From Octopus vulgaris (lineage: Eukaryota): DNA of 64,000 nt. How positions within the stretch are numbered: position 1 is the first letter of the stretch; the number at the start of each line of letters is the position of its first letter. Below, in pieces: positions 36,715 to 47,880 of the stretch. The notes under the pieces are model-generated. The model had not been told where the DNA came from, searched no databases, and saw only the letters and a program-made list of their open reading frames with translations. Both the position numbers and the translations under genes were made by a program. The stretch spans positions 25,420,001-25,484,000 of the forward strand of contig OX597815.1 of assembly GCA_951406725.2 (NCBI GenBank), read 5' to 3'.

Positions 36715-37690
36715 GTGAGTTAGCTGCCTTATATTTCAGCTTCTACTTAATAAAATTACCACAGTTATAATTTAAAATCATCATCACACCATTGTTATAA
36801 TCATATGTATTTTAACATTCATCTTTACATACTGGCTAAGTTAGACTGTTCTGTTTTAGACTGTATATTAATTCATCTTTAACTTGTATATTCTTGTCTG
36901 AAGCATAAACACCTTCTAGTTTGCTTGGACCACTTCTTTCTCTATTTCTTATGGTCCTTTTTATCTACAATTACCTTTCACAATCATCTAATCTTCTGGA
37001 CTATTCTCCCTTCTTTTCTATGAACATTCATGAACTTCAGTCCAACCTGGATCCCGCATATCCCTTTTTACTAACACAATAACTACAAACTTTGTTCCTC
37101 CCTGAGGAACCACTCACTCCTTTTCTTTAGTCTGTCTCTATTTCCCAGGTTATTCACTATAGTCTAATTTCACCCTGAAATGTGCTGTCTACTCTACCCT
37201 TCATTCACCTTTCCCACCTAGAAATCTATAAGAAGGACTTCTAGTTATTCTTATGAATTCATCTTCTGTCACTGCCACTCTTTGAACTCCTCAGCAACTG
37301 TAAAAACCTTTCACTACTGCCTTGAAGTCTTCTATCTTACTTCATCCCTCTTGGTATATTTCAATGATCACAACCCTTCTTGGCTGTCAAACTCCCATAC
37401 CAGTGTTGTAAGTGTAGGACGAATTCTCTGTTAAGTTCAACTCTCTCTCACTCTACCAATAACTTACTAATATCCCCTTTCTCATCCATGGTTCCTTTCT
37501 CACTTCTAAACCCAGTCATTACCAAACCATCACCATTTCTGCACCTATCAGATCACCTGACTTCTACCTAATCATAGCTAAATTAATGTGTCAAATTTAA
37601 CATATCTCCTATTTTAGTGTTAATAGCACCTCATAAGATGAGGTGAATATTAAGACTGGGTACTAATGTCATTTTAATTTATTTTTCTAG

Positions 37691-37764
37691 GAATTTGTCC
37701 CAACTTGCTATTATCACACAGAATGGGCTTCATTTCATACGTTTCACATTTATACATTAAAAAG
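37691..37764 (+). CDS. EXD3: EXD3 exon
   Basis: (G)ICPNLLLSHRMGFISYVSHLYIKK; contains the CPN motif of the MUT-7/EXD3 N-terminal region; phases 1/0. Confidence 0.85.
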
Positions 37765-37980
37765 GTAATTTCAAAATTTTATTTTTGTTTTATTAACTTG
37801 GTGTTCTAAATTATTTTTTTCTTTACAGTTTTTTCCAAATGATTTCTTTTCTTTAATTTGAAATAAAAAATAGCCGAAAGAGTTATCCAGCTGAACGACT
37901 TTTTCTGTAGTCATGTGAAACAATTTTATTAATTTGTATTCTTCTAATTTACTAAGTGAATTTTATTATTTCAATTCTAG

Positions 37981-38016
37981 ATAACAAGTTATTGCAACTG
38001 GAGAGATTTGATTGTG
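37981..38016 (+). CDS. EXD3: EXD3 36-nt exon
   Basis: ttctag|ITSYCNWRDLIV|gtaagt; phases 0/0. Confidence 0.8.
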
Positions 38017-38776
38017 GTAAGTTTTCAATTTTGCATTATTTTTATGTTGTGAATAAGTTAAACTTGTACAAGATTGAGATTATTAAATAACTTTTATTTT
38101 TTTAGCAATAGAGAAACATTTAGTTTAGTAAGTTTTGTGTCAAGTATGCTTCCATACAAAAAATAGGTAATTGTGCAACATTAGAAAGAAACATGATATT
38201 TTAACATTGTTTTTGATGTATTTTAAAAAATTTGCTTCTCAACCACATGGTTTTGAGTTCAGTCCCACTGCATGGCATCTTGGGCAAGTGTCTCCTACTT
38301 TTGTAAAAAAGCTTTGTAAGTGGATTTGATAGACAGAAACTGAAAGAAGACCATTGTATATATGTATGCATACACACACACAATCACATACACATACCTA
38401 TGTGTGAGAGTGTGTATGTTTATGTCTCCTTGTCTTGACATCATGTGATAGTTGTAAATGAGCATCACTGTCATACAAGCAGTGTCGTTCATTTTCAATA
38501 TCCTGCAAAATCATGTCTGGCTATGGGGAAATATTTTTCTTGCTTGGAAACAAGTGAGGGTTGGCAGCAGGAAGGGAATTCTTCCATAGAAAAATCTGCC
38601 TTAATAAACTCCATCTGACCCACACGAGCATGGGAAAAGTGGATGTTAAACCACTAATAGCGCTGATGTTGGCAGTTGAGATGAAAATTTGTTACTATAT
38701 CGAGTCTGTAAAATAATTAAAACATGACGATTATTTCTTTTACTAATTTTAATTGGCTATTTTGTTTCTCTTGCAG

Positions 38777-38931
38777 TATATTTCTGCAGATTGTATAAGT
38801 ACACAGAAAAAAGTGGTACAGAAGCTTTGTTTACTAGGGATGATAGAAGAAGCTGCAAGATTTGCCAATGATTTTAACCTTGATGATGAAGATTGGCCCA
38901 TTGATTTACAACAGGAGCGACAACGTTGTTT
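38777..38931 (+). CDS. EXD3: EXD3 exon
   Basis: ttgcag|YISADCISTQKKVVQKLCLLGMIEEAARFANDFNLDDEDWPIDLQQERQRC(L)|gtaggt; phases 0/2. Confidence 0.85.
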
Positions 38932-39128
38932 GTAGGTTTTTATTATTACAAACTTCCTAAAGGCAATGAGCCGACACAATCATTAGCATGCCTGGGAAAA
39001 ATGCCTGATGGCATTTCTTCGGGTTTTACATTCTGAGTTCAAATTTTGACCAAGGTTGACTTTGCCTTTCATCATTTCTGGGTTGATGAAATAAATTCCA
39101 GTTGAACAAATTTCAGTCTTCATACCTA

Positions 39129-40527
39129 CAGGGTTGTTCAGGCTAAATTTGATAATTTGCATGAAAGGAAAAGAAAACGCGATATCCCATCCGTAAATAA
39201 AACATTTTAAAAAATCAAAAAATAACAACTAGACACCTGTCTCTGCCTCTCTGTCATACTCTAACCTCTTGTCACCTGGCACAAGATCACTTCCACGAAT
39301 ATCCCCTCCCTTCTCAAAGGATCTTTGTGTTGCAAGTTACTTGGTGACCCTGTTGGTGCTGGTGCCACGTAAAAAGCATCTAGTCCACACTGTAAAAAGG
39401 TTGGCATCTGGAAAGGCATCCAGCTGTAAAAACCATACCAAAACTGACCTTACTTCTGCTGGTGCCACATAAAAAGCACTCAGTCCAAACTGTAAAGAGG
39501 TTGATATCTGGAAGGGCATCCAGGGGTAAAAACCATGCCAAAACAAACACTGAAGCCTAGTGCAGTCTTTTGTCAAACTGTCCAACCCATGCCAGCATGG
39601 AAAGCGGATGTTAAATGATGATAATGATAATTATGGTTGGGCGATAACAGTTTACTCAAAGTAGTCGCCCCGACTTTCACCATTGCTTCAAGACGTCTCT
39701 GGAAGCTGGTGCATGCATTCCTTATAGTGTCCCTGGGAAGTATCTTCAAACACCTTCTTGATCTTGGCCATCACCTCAGCCTTGGTGTTGCACACAAAGT
39801 GATTACTGTTTTTCTCAACTGTGCTCTGCTCATAGTAATCCATAGGTTTACAATTGAGGTATTTCAGGAGGCCAGAAATTCGAGCTGGTGAAGTCGTAGA
39901 ATTTCTCTGACAACCACTTCTGACTTTTTCTGAGGGCATGACAAGGAGCTGAATCCTGCTGCCACACATATAGTCTTCCAGCAGCAACCCTCTCCAACCA
40001 AGGATTGACCACAGTCTCCAGCAGCTTTACATAGCCATCTGAATTGAGCTTGTAATGTTGTTCAAAGATGTGGGGATGAATTCTGGTATATAGATGCAGT
40101 CAGAGCACCTGCTGTGACTTTCTAGTCTTTGTTTGGCGTTAGGAAGGGCATCCAGCTGTAGAAACTCTGCCAGATCAGTTTGGAGTCTGGTTCGCCAGTC
40201 CTCAGTCAAATCGTCCAACCCATGCTAGCATGGAAAGCGGACGTTAAATGATGATAATGTTGCAACTGTCTTTGTCATGTTCTACAGTCTTTACAGTGTT
40301 CTCAGAGCATTAAGTAGCTGTCATGATGTTGACATTTTGATACCCTGTTGGGTATCACTCTTTCCCAATAGTCAGATGACCTCCAGTCTTCCATGTCATT
40401 TAACTGTTCCTCTACTACAACTTTAATCCTTATGCTCTCCAACACTGTTGTCTCTTCACCAATATACCAAGCTGTTCCTGAAAAAAGGAGACATAAAACA
40501 AATATAAAATTTAGCCTGAAAACCCTG
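39129..40527 (-). mobile_element. decayed Tc1/mariner (maT-like) transposon with nested SINEs
   Basis: TA-flanked TIRs cagggttgttcaggctaaat / atttagcctgaaaaccctg; transposase C-terminus NCKPMDYY..STVEKNSN..CNTKAEVMAKIKKVF; interrupted by family C copies. Confidence 0.75.
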
Positions 40528-40914
40528 TATTGTAGAAAGAAAAGAAATTAATACTTAGTTCTTAATGAAACAATATGCATGATTTTAATTGCTTATAATT
40601 ATTCTTCAGTAGCCACTTAACTATTTCTCAGATTATTACTACATTCAACATAATATTCATTTTTTTATGAAAAATTCTCTTTTGCAGATAATGGTATATA
40701 GTATTGATTAATGTATTACTGGCATTTATTTTTATTTATATCAGAGAAGTGGAAGGTTAAGTTAATTTTGATTATGATATTTTCTCTTTGACATTATTTT
40801 TTCTAAAATTAATCTGCTAAAATTTCGTAACAAATCTACAGTTTCTATCCATAGTTCATTCCTTGGGGAAAACCATTAAAGAATTGAATATACCAAATTT
40901 AGTAACAAATGACT

Positions 40915-41147
40915 AAAGCACCATCCGATTGTGGCCGTTGCCAGCCTCGTCTGGCACCTGTGCAGGAGGCACGTAAAAAGCACCCACCACACTCACGGAG
41001 TGGTTGGCATTAGGAAGGGCATCCAGCTGTAGAAACACTGCCCGATCAGACTGGGCCTGGTGCAGCCTTCTGGCTTCCCAGACCCCAGTTGAACCATCCA
41101 ACCCATGCTAGCATGGAAAACGGAAGTTAAACAATGATGATGATGAT
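40915..41147 (+). mobile_element. SINE-like family C copy
   Basis: Matches 3290-3531; (GAT)n tail. Confidence 0.8.
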
Positions 41148-42182
41148 AAGAGTGTCTGACAGAAAGCCTCACAGTATTTGTTTTGTCACAGAACTTTGAG
41201 TTCAAATCCTGCTGAAGTCGACTTTGCCTTTTGTCATCTTTTTGGAATCAATAACAAAAAAATACTAATTCAGGGTGATAGTGGTTTAGGGGAACTATTA
41301 GAATGTCAGAGTAGATGCCTTGCAGTATGTGTTCTAAGTTCAAATCCTGCCATAACCCACTTGGTTAGCAGGCATAATCCCTCGCCTGGTTTAACACTAT
41401 CATCTGATGCTTTGAGTGCCTTTAGCAGACTTCACTGTTGCAAGTATTTGGGCTAGGACTCCAGTTTGAGGATACTGTCCCCTTTTCCACTAGTCTCAGG
41501 GGTCCTGTGAAGGGACATGGGTATTTCTTTCCCTCCTGACTGAAAGATAAAAATAAAATTTGTTTAAAACATGTAGTCTTGCTAATTTCAATAATGGAAA
41601 TATTCCTTAAGTTCTTTGTAAAACAGTATGGAGTCAGCACAGTTTCTGGTTCATAAACACTGTCCAAAATGTTTATTTCATATCAAGAATGTATGTTTTG
41701 AACATTGATATAGTGAATTTTTTTAGTTTTCATGCCATGCCATGGTGTTAAGATAACTGTAAAAAAAAATGCCTCTATCCATGTTGGCTGATATAGATAT
41801 ATGAATCAATAAGAGGCCTTCTATGTAAGTTGTTCAACCTGCTATGATAGTAATCAGATTTTACTGAAGTGCTGCATATTCTACATTGTCTACAAGATTT
41901 AACACACTAAAATTCAGTGCTAGCATACTGATCAGGGTTAAGAGTATATAATTGATGAACTGATCAATAGTTTATTGTTCTGAATTTGACATTTGCCTTC
42001 TTTCAGATAAAATATATATCTGTGGTAAACTAGGAGTTAACTAGATCATAACTGTTTTGTTAAACGATATAATTAATTAAGTGATCACAGTTGTTTGCAA
42101 CTATTCACCAACAATAACTATAATTAAGTTTTATGTGGTTATACTAATCAATTTGTTAAAACAGCTGAAATTTCTTTTTCAG

Positions 42183-42357
42183 GAATGAGCCACTACAAGT
42201 CACAGAAGATGATCTTTTATGGAGTACAGATGATGAAGAAAGTGATGAAGTTGAAGATTCCACCCATCCATACTATTATTTTCCACACCCACGACCAAAG
42301 ATTTTGATGATAAAGAATAAAGAAAAGTTTCAACACTGTATAGAACATTTATCTCAC
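42183..42357 (+). CDS. EXD3: EXD3 exon (acidic linker and start of exonuclease domain)
   Basis: ttttcag|(L)NEPLQVTEDDLLWSTDDEESDEVEDSTHPYYYFPHPRPKILMIKNKEKFQHCIEHLSH|gtgagt; phases 2/0. Confidence 0.88.
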
Positions 42358-42419
42358 GTGAGTTCACCACCACATCACCAATACTACCACTGTCACCAAC
42401 ATCGTCAATTTTCTCCTTT

Positions 42420-43580
42420 TCTGTGTTTGCAATGGGTCTTCCATAGCTCTTTGTCATCTCTTTTATGAGATCCAGCCACTTGAAATCAATTTCTATCACT
42501 TCTTTCTGTGTCTTCCTTGACCTTCCTTTTCTGTATGTTCCTTCCACTCGAATTACTTAATACTTCATTACTTGACTGTCATCCTACATACACATCACAT
42601 ATCTGTATCAATAATGTCTTCTCTCAAGTACACTATATCTGAATTTTCTCGTACCTAATTTTCTCTCAACTTATTTGTGCTCTGTTGTTCATGTAAACTA
42701 ACATTATATTCTAGTGTATTGTACTTGCTTCATATTTTTCCCAACTTTCCTTAATATTTAGTGCCCATGTTTGCTATTATATTGCATTGTACTTTATATA
42801 CAAAGCCAGCCTTGCCTGGCCTCCATGCCGGTGGCACGTAAAAAGCACCATCCGATCGTGGCCATTGTCAGCCTCGTCTGGCACGTAAAAAGCACACTCA
42901 CGGAGTGGTTGGTGTTAGGAAGGGCATCCAGCTGTAGAAGCACTGCCAGATCAGACTGGGCCTGGTGCAGCCTTCTGGCTTCCCAGATCCCAGTTGAACC
43001 GTCCAACACATGCTAGCATGGAAAGCGGACGTTAAACGATGATGATGATGATGATGATGCAAGCATCATACAATCTGCACTGCACATGACGAGAGAATCT
43101 TTCTGTTGCTTGTAGAACAAATAACTCCCTGAAAATTTCACTCTGTGCTTGTTCTGGGTGCTATGCTTTCAGCACATCCTCCTTTGCTAATTATGTCACC
43201 TAGATCATGCATACTATTGGTTACTTCTACAAAGCCTTTCAGAACATTTGAAAGAATTTATTTGACAAGCACTATTATTGCTAACTACTCCTGCGCATCT
43301 ATTTGATACAAAGTCTTTCTTCTTTATTGATCTGCCTGTGATCCTGCAGTGCACCTATAGTTTGCATTTGGTACACAGTACAGAGTTCTTACATCATTCT
43401 ACATTTTCAGCATGCCATTTCCTTGTTGGTTGTAACATCCTAGCTTCTTCCCTGCTTACACCTTTTTCTTTGCTAGGTTTACTTTGATCATCTAGATTCT
43501 AGGCTTTACTTCTATGTTTGGAATTTCTTCTCTAAATATTCGACAGATTCATGTATGAGATCTTGGTCATTGGTATACAG
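42420..43580 (-). mobile_element. decayed RTE-type LINE fragment with nested family C SINE (42805-43059)
   Basis: EGTYRKGRSRKTQKEVIEIDFKWLDL; upstream Cys-rich segment homologous to 7945-8760. Confidence 0.65.
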
Positions 43581-44238
43581 GAGTTTTCATGGTCAGACAG
43601 TCAGGAGGTTGCATGGCTTTCACAAGTTGGTCCTCTATATTAAGATTTCTTAGCAACCATCAGACTACAAAGCATAATACCAAGCTTTTCCTAGGCTGAC
43701 GAATGTTAGGTATAAAGGCCAATTCTTAGCTAAGAACTTCTTTAAAATGTTTAGAGCCATCCATTGTAATTTAAATTCAAAACCTTTTGTTGTGTTCCAA
43801 ACTATCTAAATGATGAAAAAGTAAATTATTTTACAAAGTTCTTATAAATTTATTGAAACAATAACAATATATTTCATTAGAAACATGGTCATGAAAGGGT
43901 CAGTATTCCATTCAAATTTTATCAGGTGTTCCATTTTCCCTTATTCACAGTTATCAAAGTAATATAGTAGGGAGATCATCCATGCTATACTTTTTGTACT
44001 TTCATCTAAATTTCTGTCAAAATTCATGTTATCATTGTGTGTGTAGCTAACATTGAACTAACATACTTTGGAGCATTTTATTCCGAGTCTTTATGTCAAG
44101 GAGGAAGGACTTAACCATTCAATAAAACTGTATTCCAGCATTGCTACAGTTGAGAAAATGAAGCCAGTAAAAGAATAATAAACTTCTGAAAAACTCTGTT
44201 GAGATAAAAATTCAATTTGATTTTCAATTTCATTCCAG

Positions 44239-44306
44239 CCTGGCTCCATTGTTGGTGTTGATCTAGAATGGCAAACTTTATTTAATTCAGAAACTAACCG
44301 AGATAG
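44239..44306 (+). CDS. EXD3: EXD3 exon with ExoI motif
   Basis: PGSIVGVDLEWQTLFNSETNRD(S); VGVDLEW is the DEDDy ExoI motif; phases 0/2. Confidence 0.93.
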
Positions 44307-45027
44307 GTAAGACATGGTAACCATCAACCCATTTTTGTAATTTTAAATTTTATAATAAGGTCTTCAGTAATTTGACAGTTTTTTGTTTATTTACTTTTGA
44401 CAAGATTAACATGTTATTAATATAGGTTCTAAATAACTTGGTATTTTATGCATGTTGGTGCAAGTAATTTGATTGTAATGACAGCCAATAAAATTTGAAG
44501 TGGAAATGGTTTGTATTTTCATTTAGCTAGATTAAATTAAAAGTAAACTAGGAGCATTTTAGTAAAATTTGCGAAATTTATTGTAACCCTTTCGCAGACC
44601 ATAGTCATGGCTGATGCTGGTCTCACATAACAATTACCTGTGCTGGTGGCATGTAAAAAGCACCCTTCAAATGTTGGGTCTTATGGAGGTGATAAGTGAC
44701 CAAGACTTTGAGCAATATACCATGCTCAAACATGGTTAAAAGAATAGCAAATGTGTGATGAAAGTGTTAGACTAATAAGATTAAATGGATTCAAATCATT
44801 GTAAGGCACCATATTTAATTTACTATCTTTAATTATTAGTCACTGTAGGATTTAAAGCTTAGACATTTATTAGATGTTAGATTTAAATCACATAAATTTG
44901 AATACACCGAGAAAAAAAATGTACTTTACTTGCCTTAAATTATTTAACTTAAGGTAGATACTATTCAAAGTGAGCAGTTATTGTTTGTATGTAAAGGTAT
45001 TTAGGAATAAAATATTTATGAAAATTA

Positions 45028-45348
45028 CGGAGATGTACTTGCATAGCAAGTGATTTGATCTGAGATCGTGTGCTGAAATGAAAACAATTGCAGTGTGGAA
45101 GGTGTTTGTAAGCCATTTAAGAAACACACAAAAGCGGTTCGATTCACTTCAACATTTAAGTTTAATTTATCAAAATATTTTTGTCGCTTTAAGACCGCGA
45201 CCTGTTCACGGATTTTTGTCAGTGAACAGGTCGCGGTCTTAAAGCGCCGAAAATATTTTGACAAATTAAACTTAAATGTTGAAGTGAATCGAACAGCTTT
45301 TGTGTGTTTCTTAAATGGCTTACAAACACCTTCCACGCTGCAATTGTT
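45028..45348. mobile_element. fold-back (inverted terminal repeat) insertion, Penelope-type, with ~15-bp TSD
   Basis: 128-bp arms 45082-45209 and 45222-45349; tatttatgaaaa(a)tta duplicated at 45013-45027 and 45349-45364; contains a hammerhead motif. Confidence 0.8.
45215..45265 (+). ncRNA. minimal type I hammerhead ribozyme motif (G3-C8 variant)
   Basis: Stem I TTTGTCA/TGACAAA; core GTGAACA; stem II GGTCGC-9 nt-GCGCC; GAA; palindromic helix III AATATT; U17 at 45258. Confidence 0.7.
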
Positions 45349-45488
45349 TATTTATGAAAAATTATATGCAAATATGCAAAAACAAGAATATACGTAATCC
45401 TATTCAATATAGAGTAACAATTTTCTTAAATAAGATATTTTGTTTTGTTTTCCATTGCCATATAATTTCTTGCCTTTGTTCATTTTAG

Positions 45489-45625
45489 TATTGCACTCAT
45501 ACAACTTGCACTGCTTGAGTGCATCTACATTGTTGACGTGATAACACTGGCACAAATTCTTTCCAAAGATGACTGGACACACTTTTTTAACAAAATTTTC
45601 AATAGTAAAACCGTTGTAAAATTAG
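45489..45625 (+). CDS. EXD3: EXD3 exon
   Basis: (S)IALIQLALLECIYIVDVITLAQILSKDDWTHFFNKIFNSKTVVKL(G); ALIQLA and KLG are MUT-7/WRN-type exonuclease motifs; phases 2/1. Confidence 0.93.
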
Positions 45626-45667
45626 GTAGGTGTATTTTTTTCTTAATTTATATATATATATATATTT

Positions 45668-46052
45668 TATACTTGTTTCAGTCATTTTGACTGCAGCCAT
45701 GCTGGAGCACTGCCTTTAATCGAGCAACTCGACCCCGGAACTTATACTTTGTAAGCCCTGTACTTATTCTATCGGTCTCTTTTGCCGAACCGCTAAGTGA
45801 CGGGGACATAAACACACCAGCATCGGTTGTCAAGCAATGCTAGGAGGACAAACACACACACACACACACATATATATACACATATATACGACGGGCTTCT
45901 TTCAGTTTCCGTCTACCAAATCCACTCACAAGGCATTGGTCGGCCCGAGGCTATAGCAGAAGACACTTGCCCAAGATGCCACGCAGTGGGACTGAACCCG
46001 GAACCATGTGGTTGGTAAGCAAGCTACTTACCACACAGCCACTCCTGCGCCT
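45668..46052 (-). mobile_element. SINE family B, full length
   Basis: Near-identical to 10820-11215. Confidence 0.85.
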
Positions 46053-46498
46053 ATATGTTCAAGAGACAATTTTTATCTCTTCCCCTCCCATGTTCTAAAT
46101 CATTTTTTTGGCTCCTGAAACACTTTAAATAAATTGTTTCTTCCAAAAGGTCTTGGTAGCATTTGGCCTTAGAGCTTTTAACCATCACAGTATGTCAGAT
46201 TTACAATTTCTTTGTTATTTAATTTACAGTGAAGTGGACTGGGAAAAGAGGAGTTTTTGAATATCCCTAATCAGTCATACCTGAGTACATTTATAGTTTA
46301 AAATATTTGACCAAATCTAATCAATATGTTATCAGTGGTCAGTTGCAAGCTGTCTTTAGATCTGAAACTTAAAGTATATGAATTTCATCGTAAATATACA
46401 AAATAGTTTGGTGCAAAGACTTGGCTGCTGCATTAAAGCAGTTCAGTAACATAAATGTTCCTTCATTGGCTCATTCAGCCTTAGCAATTTATCATTTA

Positions 46499-46889
46499 TT
46501 AGCAGTATCACCCGGTGTTGTTTGGGTTTGTTTCGACCCTTTAGAATTGGAATTTTTGAAAAGTAAAAATTTTGGATTATGCAACTTGTTATTCTCTTCA
46601 AGTGAACATTTTTCCAGTTGAAATACACCGAAAAATGGTGACACAGCAGTCAAAAATCGTAAAACATAGGGGTTTTCATAGAAAAAAAGCACCTTTTTGA
46701 TGTAAATAATTTTTGGTGTTAAGATGGTCCGATTTGAATTTTATCTTCTACAGAAGGAAGAGCAAGCCTTCTTCTATCATACTCTCAGTTTTGGTCAACT
46801 TGTGCTGCAGGGTCTCGAAGGAGATAGTGTTAGTTGAAGGCTACCAAACCTGCCACACACAGACAACTTCAACTTTATATATATATAGA
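46499..46889 (-). mobile_element. non-autonomous Helitron
   Basis: Minus strand starts TC(tatatata), ends with an imperfect ccc..ggg hairpin then CTAA (CTRR), inserted between host A and T with no TSD. Confidence 0.7.
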
Positions 46890-47121
46890 TATTTGATTCT
46901 TCATTGGCTGTGACTCTTTTATTACTGTTGATATTTTAAATTTATTTTATGATTGTCAAAGAATAGAAGTAAGCTATTGACAATCCAAGTCTGCAATCAG
47001 ATTTCAATTTCCATTTGCTTTATTGCATCTTTAAGAAATGTGTGTCATATTTCTCTGTTAACCTCTTGTGCTTGTTGCTTGAAACTAATATCTTTAACTT
47101 CTTAAATTTTGATTCTTTCAG

Positions 47122-47225
47122 GTTACAGTTTCACACAAGATTTAAATATCATTGCAGTCACATTCCCATTCATTGATACAAAAGAATTCTCCAACATCAT
47201 TGATCTTCAGACAACAGTTAAAAAG
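47122..47225 (+). CDS. EXD3: EXD3 exon with ExoII motif
   Basis: (G)YSFTQDLNIIAVTFPFIDTKEFSNIIDLQTTVKK; phases 1/0. Confidence 0.92.
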
Positions 47226-47599
47226 GTATTACCATTTTCATATTATGTGTAAAGATGATAGAGATAATTAAAACTGTAGAGTGCTGGGCTAACTATTGTA
47301 CTATTTATAATGTCTTCCTTAATTGTTCTGATTTCAAATGCCTGGTTAACTTTGACTTTCAACCATTTAAGATTCAATTAAATAAGTACCAGTAATACAC
47401 TGAAATCATTTAAATTCACAATACCTTTTCCCTACAAAAATTGGTCTTGTGACAATGAGAAAAAAAAATTAACATCTATGTATGTGTGTGTATAAACAAA
47501 ATGGCCAGGTGCAGAAGTGCACTATTTTTTTTAATTTATTTTTTTATCGAGATGTTGGAAGAAGGCACCAGTTTATTTTTAAAAGATAAATTAGAAATT

Positions 47600-47880
47600 A
47601 TAGCCTTGGGCCGACCAAAGCCTTGTGAGTGGATTTGGTAGACAAAAACTGAAAGAAGGCTGTTATGTGTGTGTCTTTGTGTCTGTGTTTGTTTTTCCCA
47701 TCATCGCTTGATAACCGGTGTTGGTGTATTTACATCCCTGTAACTTAGCAGTTTGGCAAAAGCGTCCAATAAAATAAGTACTAGGACTTAAAAAATAAAG
47801 TCCTGGGGTCAAATTGTTTGACAAAAACTCTTCAAGGTGGTGCTCCAGCATGGCTGCAGTCAAATGACTGAAACAAATAA
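47600..47880 (+). mobile_element. SINE family B, 5'-truncated
   Basis: gccttgggccgaccaaagccttgtgagtggatttggtagac..gcagtcaaatgactgaaacaaataa. Related copies at ~38230-38660, 48170-48520, 50530-50950, 51575-51940 and 60603-61225. Confidence 0.75.

Noticed and set aside
40688-40755. Possible EXD3 micro-exons (ATAATG; AGAAGTGGAAG)
   Set aside because: One introduces a stop and the other shifts the frame; exons ending 38931 and starting 42183 already join in frame.
45025-45397. Two near-identical ORFs on opposite strands
   Set aside because: A consequence of the palindrome, not protein genes.
46230-46260. Good acceptor followed by EVDWEKRSF
   Set aside because: Stops in all frames and not needed for the EXD3 model.
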